DNA of 64,000 nt from an uncultured Bacteroidota bacterium (GCA_963809695.1 CAWEKI010000001.1:21018-85017); one strand, 5' to 3'. Shown: positions 41,031 to 50,717, numbered from the stretch's first letter. The notes: generated by a model not told the origin, from the letters alone. Numbers and translations: made by a program.

Positions 41031-42076
41031 AGGCTATTACCGTAGAGCCCTTGAAACCGGGGACTGCTCAACTGGAGGAGATCCCGGAACCCGATGTTCA
41101 CCAGGGATCGGTTCTGGTCGAAGCAGTGGCGGTGGGCGTTTGTGGCACTGATGTCGAGATTGTGGAAGGAAAGTATGGCTGGGCTCCTCCAGGTAGGACC
41201 CGCCTCGTTCTCGGCCACGAATCTCTCGGCCGCGTGCTCGACCCGGGTCTGTCCGGCGGGCTGAAGAAGGGTGATCTCGTCGTGGGCATTGTCCGGCGTC
41301 CTGACCCCGTTCCGTGTCCCAATTGCGGAGTGGGGGAGTGGGACATGTGTCGCAATGGCCAGTACACCGAGAGGGGGATCAAACAGATTGACGGTTACAT
41401 GTCGGAGCGCTGGAGGATCGAACCCGAGTACGCGATGAAAGTAGATCCTACTCTGGGAATTCTCGGCGTGCTACTTGAACCGACAACAGTTGTGGCCAAG
41501 GCGTGGGAGATGGTCAAGGCGATAGGCCAGCGCTCTTTCTGGGAGCCGCAAAATGTGCTTGTAACAGGTGCTGGGCCTATTGGCCTGCTGGCGGCTCTCA
41601 TCGGGGTGCAAAAGGGGCTGGATGTCCATGTCCTGGATCGCGTCACATCGGGTCCCAAGGTGGAACTGGTGAAGGCTCTTGGTGCAACCTACCATTCGGG
41701 CTCTGTTAAGGACGTCGGCTTCGAGCCGGATATTATTGTCGAGTGTACCGGTGTGGGGCAAGTCGTCGCCGAATCCATACTTAAGGTGGGGGCCGGTGGA
41801 ATCGTATGTCTCACGGGTGTCGGAAGCGGTGGTGCGGCAGCGGGATCGGCCATTGCAGATGTTGCAGCGGGAGCTGTGCTGAGGAATAACGTAATCGTTG
41901 GAAGTGTGAATGCCAACAAGAGGCACTGGTACAAGGCCGGTCAAGCGTTGGCCCAGGCTGATCGGGCATGGCTGGCACGGCTCCTCACGAGACGCGAAAG
42001 ACCGGAGAATTTCAGCAAGGCTTTAAATCGACAACCCGATGACATCAAGGTTATCATTCAGTTCTCAGATCTGTAG
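41027..42076 (+). CDS. zinc-dependent medium-chain dehydrogenase, glucose (aldose) 1-dehydrogenase-like
   Basis: CGTD..I..G (catalytic Zn), GHE, second Zn site CPNCGVGEWDMC. Overall colinearity with archaeal glucose 1-dehydrogenases (MKAI.V.P...). Overlaps the upstream stop (ATGA). Confidence 0.7.
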   Translation: MKAITVEPLKPGTAQLEEIPEPDVHQGSVLVEAVAVGVCGTDVEIVEGKYGWAPPGRTRLVLGHESLGRVLDPGLSGGLKKGDLVVGIVRRPDPVPCPNCGVGEWDMCRNGQYTERGIKQIDGYMSERWRIEPEYAMKVDPTLGILGVLLEPTTVVAKAWEMVKAIGQRSFWEPQNVLVTGAGPIGLLAALIGVQKGLDVHVLDRVTSGPKVELVKALGATYHSGSVKDVGFEPDIIVECTGVGQVVAESILKVGAGGIVCLTGVGSGGAAAGSAIADVAAGAVLRNNVIVGSVNANKRHWYKAGQALAQADRAWLARLLTRRERPENFSKALNRQPDDIKVIIQFSDL

Positions 42077-42089
42077 TCGGCAACCGTGA

Positions 42090-42869
42090 ATGACAATGGA
42101 TAGCAGCACGCACAGGGCATTCCCGTGGCAGGTATACCTCTCAGAACTCATTGGTACAGCAGCCCTCCTTCTGGTGGGGCTGTCGCTGGTGATTGCCATG
42201 TTTGGAAGTGGCAGCCCGATCCCCGGGCTCATGCCGAACGATGCTCTGCGCCGGGCAATCACGGGATTTCTGTTCGGCACAACAGGGGCACTCATCGCGC
42301 TCTCTCCGGTCGGCAAGAGAAGCGGCGCACACATCAACCCGGTGGTCACCCTCGGATTCCGGCTCGCAGGAAAACTCGAATTGAATGTGGCGCTGGGGTA
42401 CATCGCTGCACAGCTTCTCGGCGGGATACTGGGCTGTATCCCACTTCTCCTCTGGGGAACGACCGGCCTCAGTGTTGCCTACGGAGCTACGTTACCCGGA
42501 GTGGGGTACAGTACATTGACCGTTGTGATGGGTGAAGTGGCGACGACCTTTGCGATGGTCTCCCTCCTGGTGCTGTTCCTGGCATTCCGGAAGATCCGCC
42601 GATTCACACCGGCCCTTTTTCCGCCCCTCTATTCGATCATGGTCTGGGCCGAGTCGCCGATATCGGGTACGAGTACCAATCCGGCCAGGAGCCTCGGTCC
42701 TGCTGTGGTCTCAGGACAGTGGGAGGGGTGGTGGATCTACTGGGTAGGACCGGTGCTCGGGGCACTTCTGGCGATGCTTGCGTGCAGTTTTCTTGTCAAG
42801 AAGATTGAGGTGGCAAAGCTTTATCATTTCGACAGTGATCGTGACAGACTATTTCGAAAATCTCAATAA
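42090..42869 (+). CDS. MIP-family channel (aquaporin / aquaglyceroporin)
   Basis: Two half-helix motifs: HINPVVT (NPV variant of the first NPA) and TNPARSLGPA (second NPA). Six TM segments. Confidence 0.8.
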   Translation: MTMDSSTHRAFPWQVYLSELIGTAALLLVGLSLVIAMFGSGSPIPGLMPNDALRRAITGFLFGTTGALIALSPVGKRSGAHINPVVTLGFRLAGKLELNVALGYIAAQLLGGILGCIPLLLWGTTGLSVAYGATLPGVGYSTLTVVMGEVATTFAMVSLLVLFLAFRKIRRFTPALFPPLYSIMVWAESPISGTSTNPARSLGPAVVSGQWEGWWIYWVGPVLGALLAMLACSFLVKKIEVAKLYHFDSDRDRLFRKSQ

Positions 42870-42881
42870 GGAGAATGTCCC

Positions 42882-44567
42882 ATGAAAGTCATCATCGTTG
42901 GTGGAGTAGCCGGGGGTGCGTCGTGTGCGGCGCGTCTGCGCAGACTGGAGGAGAAGGCTGAAATCGTCCTCGTGGAACGCGGACCGTATGTCTCATACGC
43001 GAACTGCGGCCTTCCGTACCATGTCGGGGGTTCGATCGAGCAAGAGGGGAGCCTCCTGGTGGCGACGGAGGAGATGTTCCGGGCAGTGTTCGCGGTTGAT
43101 TGCCGAACGAACTGCGAGGTGGTCGGGATCTCGGCAAAGGCGAAAACAGTGGACCTGAAGAACACCCAAACGGGTACAGTCACGACAGAGAAATATGACA
43201 AGCTTGTGCTTTCCCCCGGTGCGGCGCCGATCCGCCCGCCGCTTCCCGGTATCGACCTTCCGGGCGTGTTCTCTGTGAGAACCGTGCCTGACGCACGTGA
43301 GATCCGCCAGTGGCTTGACCGGGACTCGGACCGTTCCGTAGGGAATCCCTTCACAGGCGTCGACACGGTGTCGAAGCCAAAACATGCGGTAGTGGTCGGA
43401 GGAGGGTTCATTGGTCTGGAGATGGTCGAAAACTTCGTGGACCGCGGGCTTGGTGTCACGCTCTTGGAGAAGCTCGATCAGGTCATGCCGCCGCTCGATC
43501 CCGAAATGGCGCGCCTGGTGGAGCGCTACCTGGTCAGGCACGGCGTTCAGCTTGTGCTCAATGATGGTGTTGCCGGATTCCGTAAGCCGGCTGCCGGGGG
43601 GCTGGAAGTCATGACGGAATCAGGCAAGGCCTTCCCGGCGGACATCGTGATCCTGGCCATCGGTGTGCGTCCGGAAACCGCGCTGGCGAAGATGGCTGGC
43701 ATCGAGATCGGGAAGCGGGGCGGGATTCGGGTCGATGAGCAAATGCGTACGTCCGATCCGGATATCTTTGCCGTCGGCGATGCGGTGGAAGTCAAGGACT
43801 TTGTGACAGGACAGTGGACGCTCATCCCGCTCGCCGGGCCGGCAAATCGCCAAGGGCGGATTGTCGCTGACGTGATCGCCGGCCGCACATCCCGATTCCG
43901 GGGGACGCAGGGAACCTCGATCTGCAAGCTCTTCGATGCGGCGATCGCTCAGACCGGCGTCAGCGAGAAAATGCTGAAGCAGCTGGGTGACGCCGATTAC
44001 GAGAAGATCTATCTCTACCCGAACTCGCACGCGGGGTACTACCCGGGTGCCAAGCTGCTCCCCATGAAGGTCATATTCCGGAAGTCGAACGGTCGGCTCC
44101 TCGGGGCGCAAGTGCTTGGCGAGGATGGGGTCGCCAAACGGATCGATTCCTTTGCCATGGCGATCCAGATGGGGTGCACGATCTACGACCTGGAGGAATC
44201 GGAGTTGAGTTACGCGCCGCCGTTCGGCAGTGCCAAGGACCCGGTGAACTTCGCGGGCATGGTCGCGGCCGATATTCTCCGGGGCGACATGCCGATCACC
44301 CACTGGGAGTCGTTGAATGGCGCTTTCCTGCTTGATGTACGGAATCCGCAGGAAGTGGACGCTGAGGCGGTTCCTGGCGCGGTCAACATCCCGCTGCCTC
44401 AACTCCGCGCCCGCTTGGGTGACCTTCCCCGCGATCGGGAAATCAACATTATTTGTCGATCGGCGGTGCGAGCCTATTTTGCGACGCGGATTCTCCTGCA
44501 AAGTGGGTTCAAGGCAAAGAATATTTCCGGCGGCATGCTGGCACGGTCGCATTGTACCGGGGATTGA
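42882..44567 (+). CDS. CoA-disulfide reductase family flavoprotein with C-terminal rhodanese domain (CoADR-RHD / NADH-dependent persulfide reductase-like), copy 1
   Basis: FAD motif VIIVGGVAGGAS; redox Cys in SYANCGLPYHVGG; NAD(P) motif VVVGGGFIGLE; C-terminal rhodanese with active Cys (ICRSAVRAY). Confidence 0.8.
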   Translation: MKVIIVGGVAGGASCAARLRRLEEKAEIVLVERGPYVSYANCGLPYHVGGSIEQEGSLLVATEEMFRAVFAVDCRTNCEVVGISAKAKTVDLKNTQTGTVTTEKYDKLVLSPGAAPIRPPLPGIDLPGVFSVRTVPDAREIRQWLDRDSDRSVGNPFTGVDTVSKPKHAVVVGGGFIGLEMVENFVDRGLGVTLLEKLDQVMPPLDPEMARLVERYLVRHGVQLVLNDGVAGFRKPAAGGLEVMTESGKAFPADIVILAIGVRPETALAKMAGIEIGKRGGIRVDEQMRTSDPDIFAVGDAVEVKDFVTGQWTLIPLAGPANRQGRIVADVIAGRTSRFRGTQGTSICKLFDAAIAQTGVSEKMLKQLGDADYEKIYLYPNSHAGYYPGAKLLPMKVIFRKSNGRLLGAQVLGEDGVAKRIDSFAMAIQMGCTIYDLEESELSYAPPFGSAKDPVNFAGMVAADILRGDMPITHWESLNGAFLLDVRNPQEVDAEAVPGAVNIPLPQLRARLGDLPRDREINIICRSAVRAYFATRILLQSGFKAKNISGGMLARSHCTGD

Positions 44568-44630
44568 GTTCGCCCTGTACATGTCAGGGGCAGTTCTTCG
44601 CGTGATGGACTAAGCATACATTCAGGAGGA

Positions 44631-45569
44631 GTGATGCCCGAACCCGAGGTCCCGCAGGAAACACCCGACTTCTCACTGGTCCTGGGTGGTCCACTGTTTC
44701 AGCTGTTCCGACGGACACATCTGTCCGGAGCTGGATTGGAGCTGATGAAGCGGCGGATCGTGTTCATCGCTCTTTTCGCGTGGCTGCCGTTGCTGGTGTT
44801 GGCCTTACTGAGTGGGCGCGCTTTGGGTGGCGGAGTCAAAATCCCGTTCTTGTTCGACATCGAGACACATGCTCGATTCCTGATCGCACTGCCGGTATTA
44901 ATTGCAGCGGAAGTGATCGTCCACCGTCATATCCGACCGGTGGTTCAACAGTTCATGGCGCGGCGCATGATCGTCGCGGAGCAAGTTCCGAAATTTCATG
45001 CGGACATCAAGTCGGCAATGCGAGTGCGCAACTCGCCTGTGGTGGAATTGGCATTGCTTGTTTTCGTTTACACGCTAGGACATTGGACTTGGCGGGACGG
45101 GGTTGCAATGGAACAGGCAAGTTGGTATGCAATGCCGGACGGGAAGAGCCTCAATCTCACCTATGCCGGTTACTGGTTGGCCTTCGTCAGCGTACCGCTG
45201 TTTCAGTTTATCCTGTTGCGCTGGTATTTGCGGCTTTTGACCTGGTCCTGGCTCTTGTGGCGTATCTCGAAATTGAGCCTGCGGCTCACCCCTACTCACC
45301 CGGATCGGGCCGGCGGGCTGGGCTTTCTGGGTGATAGTGCCCACGCCTTCGCGCCGATCCTCTTTGCCCAGGGCGCACTTCTTGCAGGGTTGATCGCCAG
45401 CCGGATCTGCTACGACGGTCAGGCCTTGATGACATTCAAGGGAGAGGCCTTAGGGTTCGTGATCGTTTTTGTTCTCTTCATCCTGGGCCCACTCACGGTC
45501 TTTTCCGGCCATCTCGCACGAGCAAAGCGAAAGGGCTTGCGCGAGTACGGAATGCTCGCCAGCCGCTAG
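44631..45569 (+). CDS. hypothetical polytopic membrane protein, apparently frameshifted near 45560 (continues as the 45569-45823 frame)
   Basis: Several hydrophobic helices. The reading frame ends ...EYGMLASR* while the adjacent frame continues ...VQEFDDKWVQGG... with more TM-like sequence. This suggests a frameshift (pseudogene or sequencing error). Confidence 0.4.
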   Translation: MMPEPEVPQETPDFSLVLGGPLFQLFRRTHLSGAGLELMKRRIVFIALFAWLPLLVLALLSGRALGGGVKIPFLFDIETHARFLIALPVLIAAEVIVHRHIRPVVQQFMARRMIVAEQVPKFHADIKSAMRVRNSPVVELALLVFVYTLGHWTWRDGVAMEQASWYAMPDGKSLNLTYAGYWLAFVSVPLFQFILLRWYLRLLTWSWLLWRISKLSLRLTPTHPDRAGGLGFLGDSAHAFAPILFAQGALLAGLIASRICYDGQALMTFKGEALGFVIVFVLFILGPLTVFSGHLARAKRKGLREYGMLASR

Positions 45570-46133
45570 TGCAGGAATTTGATGATAAGTGGGTCCAGGG
45601 GGGTGCATCCGGTACTGAGGAACTCCTGGGGAGCGGCGATATTCAATCACTGGCCGATCTGGGAAACAGTATTGCGACCGTGCGTGGGATGCGCCTCGTG
45701 CCTTTCGGACCAAATGCCGTGATAACGCTGGCAGTAGTGACCGTGGCGCCTCTGCTCCCCCTGACGCTGACAATCTTCTCAGCTGAGGAGTTGCTGCTCA
45801 AGGTGATCCAGATACTATTGTGATCCAGCAAGTAGGGGGAAATATACACCGCCATCAAAGAAGCGGGAGATTTCGTTCAGACGCCCAAATTCTGCCTTAT
45901 CCGGTAGGGGAGGGTGATCGTCCGGACGCATCGTGGACACCTATTACAAATGCTCCAAGCTGAGCCGGAATCTTGTCCACCTGTTATCTGCAGCGATCGG
46001 CAATCTTCTGCCTCGGCAAAAGAAGACAATCATTTGTAGGGCGTCCTCGGAATAAATTCGGGCACTCAGAAAATTCAGACCGCGCATCTCTCACAGCGCG
46101 AGATTTGAACCACTTCATCACACGTCGGTGGAT

Positions 46134-46162
46134 AAAATCATGCGCCCTTATTGCGCCCTTGG
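46134..46162 (+). repeat. 29-bp exact repeat aaaatcatgcgcccttattgcgcccttgg (second copy at 61476-61504)
   Basis: Exact match between two noncoding regions; the motif itself contains a direct repeat gcgccctt x2. Confidence 0.7.
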
Positions 46163-46477
46163 TGCCGCCTTCTTCAGTGTTGATCATCTGCAATCACTTC
46201 AACGTCAAGACTTTTTTTGTTTCCTGCCGTTCCTTGACTGGACCGCGCTGCATGTTGGTGGTGGATGACGATCAGTTCGGTCGTGGATCCATGATGCATT
46301 CCTCTCATTGCGCCGGAACCTTGTCCACCTGTTATATGGCCTCCTCGGCTGACACATGGGGGGTCGGCTCCGGGAGATCACGGCTCGTGGTGCATCCTAG
46401 AAAGGGCCCCGAGCGAGCGAATTCTAGTGAGCGAGCCGAGGGACCTCGGAACCATGAATTTCACATGAGAACGAGTA

Positions 46478-46512
46478 GACTCGCCCCACCAAAACACAAG
46501 GTGGGGCGAGTC
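46478..46512 (+). repeat. hairpin repeat gactcgccccacc-loop-ggtggggcgagtc (homologous copy at 62535-62572, where it is followed by a T-run, terminator-like)
   Basis: Same 10-12 bp stem sequence in both copies, followed in both by ttggtgggg. Confidence 0.6.
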
Positions 46513-46670
46513 TATTTCCTTGGTGGGGAAGATGCGACTCGCTCAGGGCATTGCCCCGACCTTTGCCTCCGGGGAACTGGGCGAGCGGGAGGAGGGGTTG
46601 CGGCCTAAGCCCCTTTCGTTCTTCCGCGGGCCCGCCAAGCATTTGTAGCTACAGGAGCTCCCCGCAACTT

Positions 46671-46811
46671 ATAGACATTCCCCATTTTCCAGGAAAACTC
46701 TGTGGGTTTTCCTGAACACCTGGTGGAAGCAGGTTCCTGGAACCATCCTGGAACCTTCCTGGAACGTTCCTGGAACGATCTTGGAGCCACGTGCAAATGG
46801 GGAATGTCCAT
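46671..46811. mobile_element. MITE-like 141-bp element with ~15-bp terminal inverted repeats and 8-bp target-site duplication
   Basis: TIRs atagacattccccattt / aaatggggaatgtccat. Flanked by the direct repeat cgcaactt (46663-46670 and 46812-46819). Interior carries tandem tcctggaac repeats (46728-46780). Confidence 0.45.
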
Positions 46812-46942
46812 CGCAACTTCTTTTGCATCTCAAATGGATTTTGGATAATTTCCTGTTGACGCAATTTCTCGGGCGCCGAATCAGTCCCGGCAGCACCTCG
46901 GTAGCCCTTGCGATACCGACAACCCCATCATCTGAAGCAAGT

Positions 46943-48922
46943 ATGACAACATTCGCTCGGAGCGAGCCAGAGGAACTTACTTCAAGCCAGCTGAAGTTCG
47001 AGATGGTTCTGGCCGACATCGCTGCCCGATTCCTGAGAATGATCCCGCAGGATGTAAACGAAGAGATCGACCGCGCACTCGGGCAGATTCGCGAGTTTTT
47101 TGAATCCAACATGTGTGGCTTGTTCCGCGTCAACCCTCAGGCCGACGAGCTCATGCTGTCACACGTGGCTGTCACTGAAGCCATACGCATGATTCCGGAT
47201 AAAACGAACTATGCTCCTCGGTCTCCGTGGAGATTTCCCAAGGTGGTCCGGGGAGAAGTCGTTCTGGTGAACAACCTCGATGAGCTTCCGAAGGAAGCAG
47301 ATGTGGACCGGCGCTCAAGTGAGTCGCTGGGGATTCAAGCCTACTTGAGCATACCTGTACCAGTTGGAGGCGTCACGGCCTATCTTCTCCATCTGGCATT
47401 TACGCGGCCGGGACCAGCGTGGCTCGCTACGTATATTCCCAGATTACGCGTGCTTGCGGAAGTTCTGGTCACCGCACTGGAACGTAACAGGGAAATCGCA
47501 GCCCGGGAGGAGACGGAGGCCCGTCTCGAACTCGCGACGGGAATGGCCGGCGCCGGGATGTGGGATCTCGACCTGAGGACCAACGCCTTTTGGGGGACGG
47601 CCCGGGCGAGGGAACTCTACGGGATTGTCGAGGGCGAGAAGGTGAGCCTTGAGACGTTGTACAGCAAGATTCACGCTGATGACATCGAACGACTGAAGCG
47701 GGACCTGGAAGAATCCATGCAGACGGGGGCTTCCCTGGTAACCGAGTACCGAGTTGTACTGCCAGATGGAGGAATTCGATGGGTTGCGGTGCGGGGGGCC
47801 CGTTCTCCAAAACCCGTCCATGGCGGCGAGCACATCCTCGGCGTGTCCGTGGACGTCACGGAGCGGAAGAGCGCGGAAGAAAATACCAGACGTTCGCTTG
47901 AAGAGATCAAACGGCTGAAGGAGATGCTCGAAGTCGAGGCTCGCTTTCTTCGCAAGGAGATAGGCCTTTCGCACTCCCACCTTGACATCGTCGGCAAGAG
48001 CGAAGCAATCAGGATTGTGTTGCACCAGATCGAACAGGTGGCGCCGACTGACTCCACGGTCTTGATCGGGGGGGAGACCGGGACAGGGAAAGAGTTGGTG
48101 GCACGTGCGATTCATTCGCTGGGCAAGAGGAAAGACCGATTAATGGTCAAGGTCGATTGTGCATCCCTTCCGACCACGCTTATCGAAAGCGAGCTCTTTG
48201 GCCGGGAGCGCGGTGCCTACACCGGGGCGATTACCAAACAAGTTGGCCGTTTCCAGATTGCCGATAAGGGGACTGTCTTCCTGGATGAGATCGCTGAGCT
48301 GCCGAGAGAGACGCAGTCCAAGCTCCTCCGGGTCCTGCAGGACGGTTGTTTTGAAATTCTCGGCAGTCCCAAAACGGTGCTTGTGGATGTGCGCGTCATT
48401 GCGGCGACAAACCGTGATCTAGCCAAAGAAGTCAAGGAAGGTCGCTTTCGGGAGGATCTCTACTACCGGCTCAACGTTTTTCCCATCCAGGTTCCTCCGC
48501 TCAGGGAGCGAAAAGAGGACATTCCGATGCTGGTATGGCATTTTGTAGAATTCTTTGCAAAGGAAATGCGCAAGGACATCCGGCGCATCCCCAGGGAGAC
48601 TATGGATGCCCTGGTGAACTACCCCTGGCCGGGGAACGTCCGGGAGATGAAAAACCTCATCGAACAAGGATTCATTATCAGTTCGGATGATCGGTTAACC
48701 GTTCGATTGCCCCAATCCCCAATTGCCGCCTCACGTTCTCCTCAGACGCTCGAGGCGATCGAACGACAGCACATTCTGGATATCCTGAATCAGCAACAGT
48801 GGCGCATCAAGGGGGCAGGAGGGGCCGCCGCGCTACTCGGCATGAATCCTTCCAGCCTCTACTCGAAGATGAAACGCCTCGGTATTCCCACCAAACACAA
48901 AAAAGACGATAGTACAACCTAG
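46943..48922 (+). CDS. sigma54-dependent transcriptional activator with GAF/PAS domains (paralog of 28515-30575)
   Basis: GETGTGKE, ESELFGRERGAYT, C-terminal HTH. Colinear with the first EBP. ATG 46943 preferred over ORF-track start 46781. Confidence 0.85.
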   Translation: MTTFARSEPEELTSSQLKFEMVLADIAARFLRMIPQDVNEEIDRALGQIREFFESNMCGLFRVNPQADELMLSHVAVTEAIRMIPDKTNYAPRSPWRFPKVVRGEVVLVNNLDELPKEADVDRRSSESLGIQAYLSIPVPVGGVTAYLLHLAFTRPGPAWLATYIPRLRVLAEVLVTALERNREIAAREETEARLELATGMAGAGMWDLDLRTNAFWGTARARELYGIVEGEKVSLETLYSKIHADDIERLKRDLEESMQTGASLVTEYRVVLPDGGIRWVAVRGARSPKPVHGGEHILGVSVDVTERKSAEENTRRSLEEIKRLKEMLEVEARFLRKEIGLSHSHLDIVGKSEAIRIVLHQIEQVAPTDSTVLIGGETGTGKELVARAIHSLGKRKDRLMVKVDCASLPTTLIESELFGRERGAYTGAITKQVGRFQIADKGTVFLDEIAELPRETQSKLLRVLQDGCFEILGSPKTVLVDVRVIAATNRDLAKEVKEGRFREDLYYRLNVFPIQVPPLRERKEDIPMLVWHFVEFFAKEMRKDIRRIPRETMDALVNYPWPGNVREMKNLIEQGFIISSDDRLTVRLPQSPIAASRSPQTLEAIERQHILDILNQQQWRIKGAGGAAALLGMNPSSLYSKMKRLGIPTKHKKDDSTT

Positions 48923-49034
48923 GGACGGTATTAAACCCTTTCCCGGGCACGATCCAATTCTCAATTGTTCCAGCAATCGCCCCAACCTGTTGCTCCGCTG
49001 CAGATTCTCGATAACTCCTCCCATATCTGCAATG

Positions 49035-49049
49035 TGGCACGCGCAATGC
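49035..49049 (+). promoter_or_regulatory. candidate sigma54 promoter upstream of ABM gene 2
   Basis: TGGCAC-gcgca-aTGCg; GG/GC spacing 12; ~14 nt upstream of the ABM start codon (nearly leaderless). Confidence 0.45.
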
Positions 49050-49062
49050 GTACTTCTCAGGC

Positions 49063-49410
49063 ATGTTCCTCACCATCGTACGCATTTTTCCTCCTACTGC
49101 TGAACTAGAGGCGATCCGGGCTTACCTGTCGGGTTTCCTGGGACCAACCGGCGTTCAACCAGGTTGCCTGGGTTGCACGTTGGCTGAGGAGTCTGACCCG
49201 GAGGCGCTCGTCTATACGGAAACGTGGCAGACGGAGGAAGAATTCTTGTGTCGACTGCAATCAGGGAAATTCGCGAAGATACTTGAGATTTCCGAGATGT
49301 CCGTTGGGAGACCCGATGTCTGGATTTGCGAAGTCATCAATCAACAAGGGTTGGAGTTTGTCGATAAACTCAGAAAGGATCGCCCGGAGGAGACGCAATC
49401 AACGACATGA
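49063..49410 (+). CDS. ABM-domain protein (paralog of 30781-31170)
   Basis: ...VQPGCLGCTLAEESDPEALVYTETWQTEEEFLCRLQSGKF... matches the ABM consensus. Confidence 0.6.
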   Translation: MFLTIVRIFPPTAELEAIRAYLSGFLGPTGVQPGCLGCTLAEESDPEALVYTETWQTEEEFLCRLQSGKFAKILEISEMSVGRPDVWICEVINQQGLEFVDKLRKDRPEETQSTT

Positions 49411-50141
49411 GAGAGAAGACAATATTGACGATGTCACTGGCGGCGGGAATGTTGCTGCATGCCATGCCGGTGATTGCTCAGGAACAATCAAACGCTTGGA
49501 GGTTCCGGGTGACCCCTTACTTTGTGGGTGCGGCCATGAACGGCGACCTCACCATCCATGGCCGTACTGCGACGGTGGATGTCGGCTTTGACAAGATCCT
49601 GGAGAACCTCAAGTTTGCGGCTATGCTGCAACTTCAGGCACAGAAAGGCCGATGGAGCATCGGGTTGGATGGGATTTATATGGGGCTTGGTGCCACGGCA
49701 AGTAAGCCAGAGGCAGATGTCACCATGGATCAGTGGATGGTAGAGCTTTCGGGAGCCTATCAACTTGCACCCGGGATCGAGATGCTGGCTGGGGTGCGCT
49801 ACAATGCCTTGTCCAGCTCGATCACGTTTGAAAATCCCCGCCTCGCTGAGAAAAGTGGGAATGTGGATTGGTTCGATCCGGTAGTGGGCACGCGCCTGAC
49901 GGCTCGCCTGAGCACTCAGTGGACGCTGCGTGGCCGGGCAGATATCGGCGGATTTAATGTCGGGTCGTACATGACGTGGCAGGCTGCGGCCTATGTCGAT
50001 TTTCGGGCCAGTGATCTCATTGCTATCGTCGGGGGCTATCGTGCGTTGAGCAATAACTTTGAGACCGGCAGTGGAGACGAACTGTTTCGATATGACGTGA
50101 CCGTGTCCGGTCCAACGCTGGGAGTGTCGTTTGCCTTTTAA
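49407..50141 (+). CDS. outer-membrane beta-barrel protein
   Basis: Signal peptide; amphipathic strands; C-terminal ...LGVSFAF (terminal Phe). Confidence 0.5.
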   Translation: MREKTILTMSLAAGMLLHAMPVIAQEQSNAWRFRVTPYFVGAAMNGDLTIHGRTATVDVGFDKILENLKFAAMLQLQAQKGRWSIGLDGIYMGLGATASKPEADVTMDQWMVELSGAYQLAPGIEMLAGVRYNALSSSITFENPRLAEKSGNVDWFDPVVGTRLTARLSTQWTLRGRADIGGFNVGSYMTWQAAAYVDFRASDLIAIVGGYRALSNNFETGSGDELFRYDVTVSGPTLGVSFAF

Positions 50142-50186
50142 TAATCGAATTCAGCAATCGTGATCATCATACCAAAGGAGGCCCAC

Positions 50187-50717
50187 ATGATACGTAATCT
50201 CACCGCAATTCTTGCAGCTCTTGCTATCTGTCCGCTTCTGGCCTTCGCTCAGGGAGAACCAGGGTTCAGCAAGATGTCTCTCGGCGCAAACTTTGAGGTC
50301 TCTCTTCCCATGGGGGATTTCTCCGACTGGGCTGGCACCGGCTATGGCGGCAATGTCCGGTATCAGTATGGAACCGACTCGCGCACCGTCTTTACCGCCA
50401 CGGCGGGCTACCTTGCCTGGACGACAAAGGAGATGGCCGCCAATACCTCCTCCCAGCCCAAGGCCTTCAACATTTTTCTCGGGGGCAAATACTACCTGGC
50501 GCCGGGTTTCTACGGCAGCCTGGAAGGGGGACTGTATTTCATGACGTTCACCTACACCGGCAATGTGATCGGTGCAAAGGGGAATCAGACCTATTTCATG
50601 TTGCCCATCGGCCTGGGATTCCAGAAATCCGGTTTCGAGCTCGGCGTCCGCTATATGCTGTACTACCATGGCTTCAACTCATTCTCGTTCACTGCGGGGT
50701 ACAACTTCGCCCTGTAA
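50187..50717 (+). CDS. small outer-membrane beta-barrel protein (parent copy of the pseudogene at 57832-58160)
   Basis: SD aaggagg then ATG 50187; signal peptide MIRNLTAILAALAICPLLAFAQ; KAFNIFLGGKYY motif shared with the fragment at 58060. Confidence 0.5.
   Translation: MIRNLTAILAALAICPLLAFAQGEPGFSKMSLGANFEVSLPMGDFSDWAGTGYGGNVRYQYGTDSRTVFTATAGYLAWTTKEMAANTSSQPKAFNIFLGGKYYLAPGFYGSLEGGLYFMTFTYTGNVIGAKGNQTYFMLPIGLGFQKSGFELGVRYMLYYHGFNSFSFTAGYNFAL

Noticed and set aside
45973-46608. 211-aa plus-strand ORF in the 1.4-kb noncoding region
   Set aside because: The translation is low-complexity and spans scar repeats and hairpins. No start context. Region better explained as degenerate noncoding DNA.
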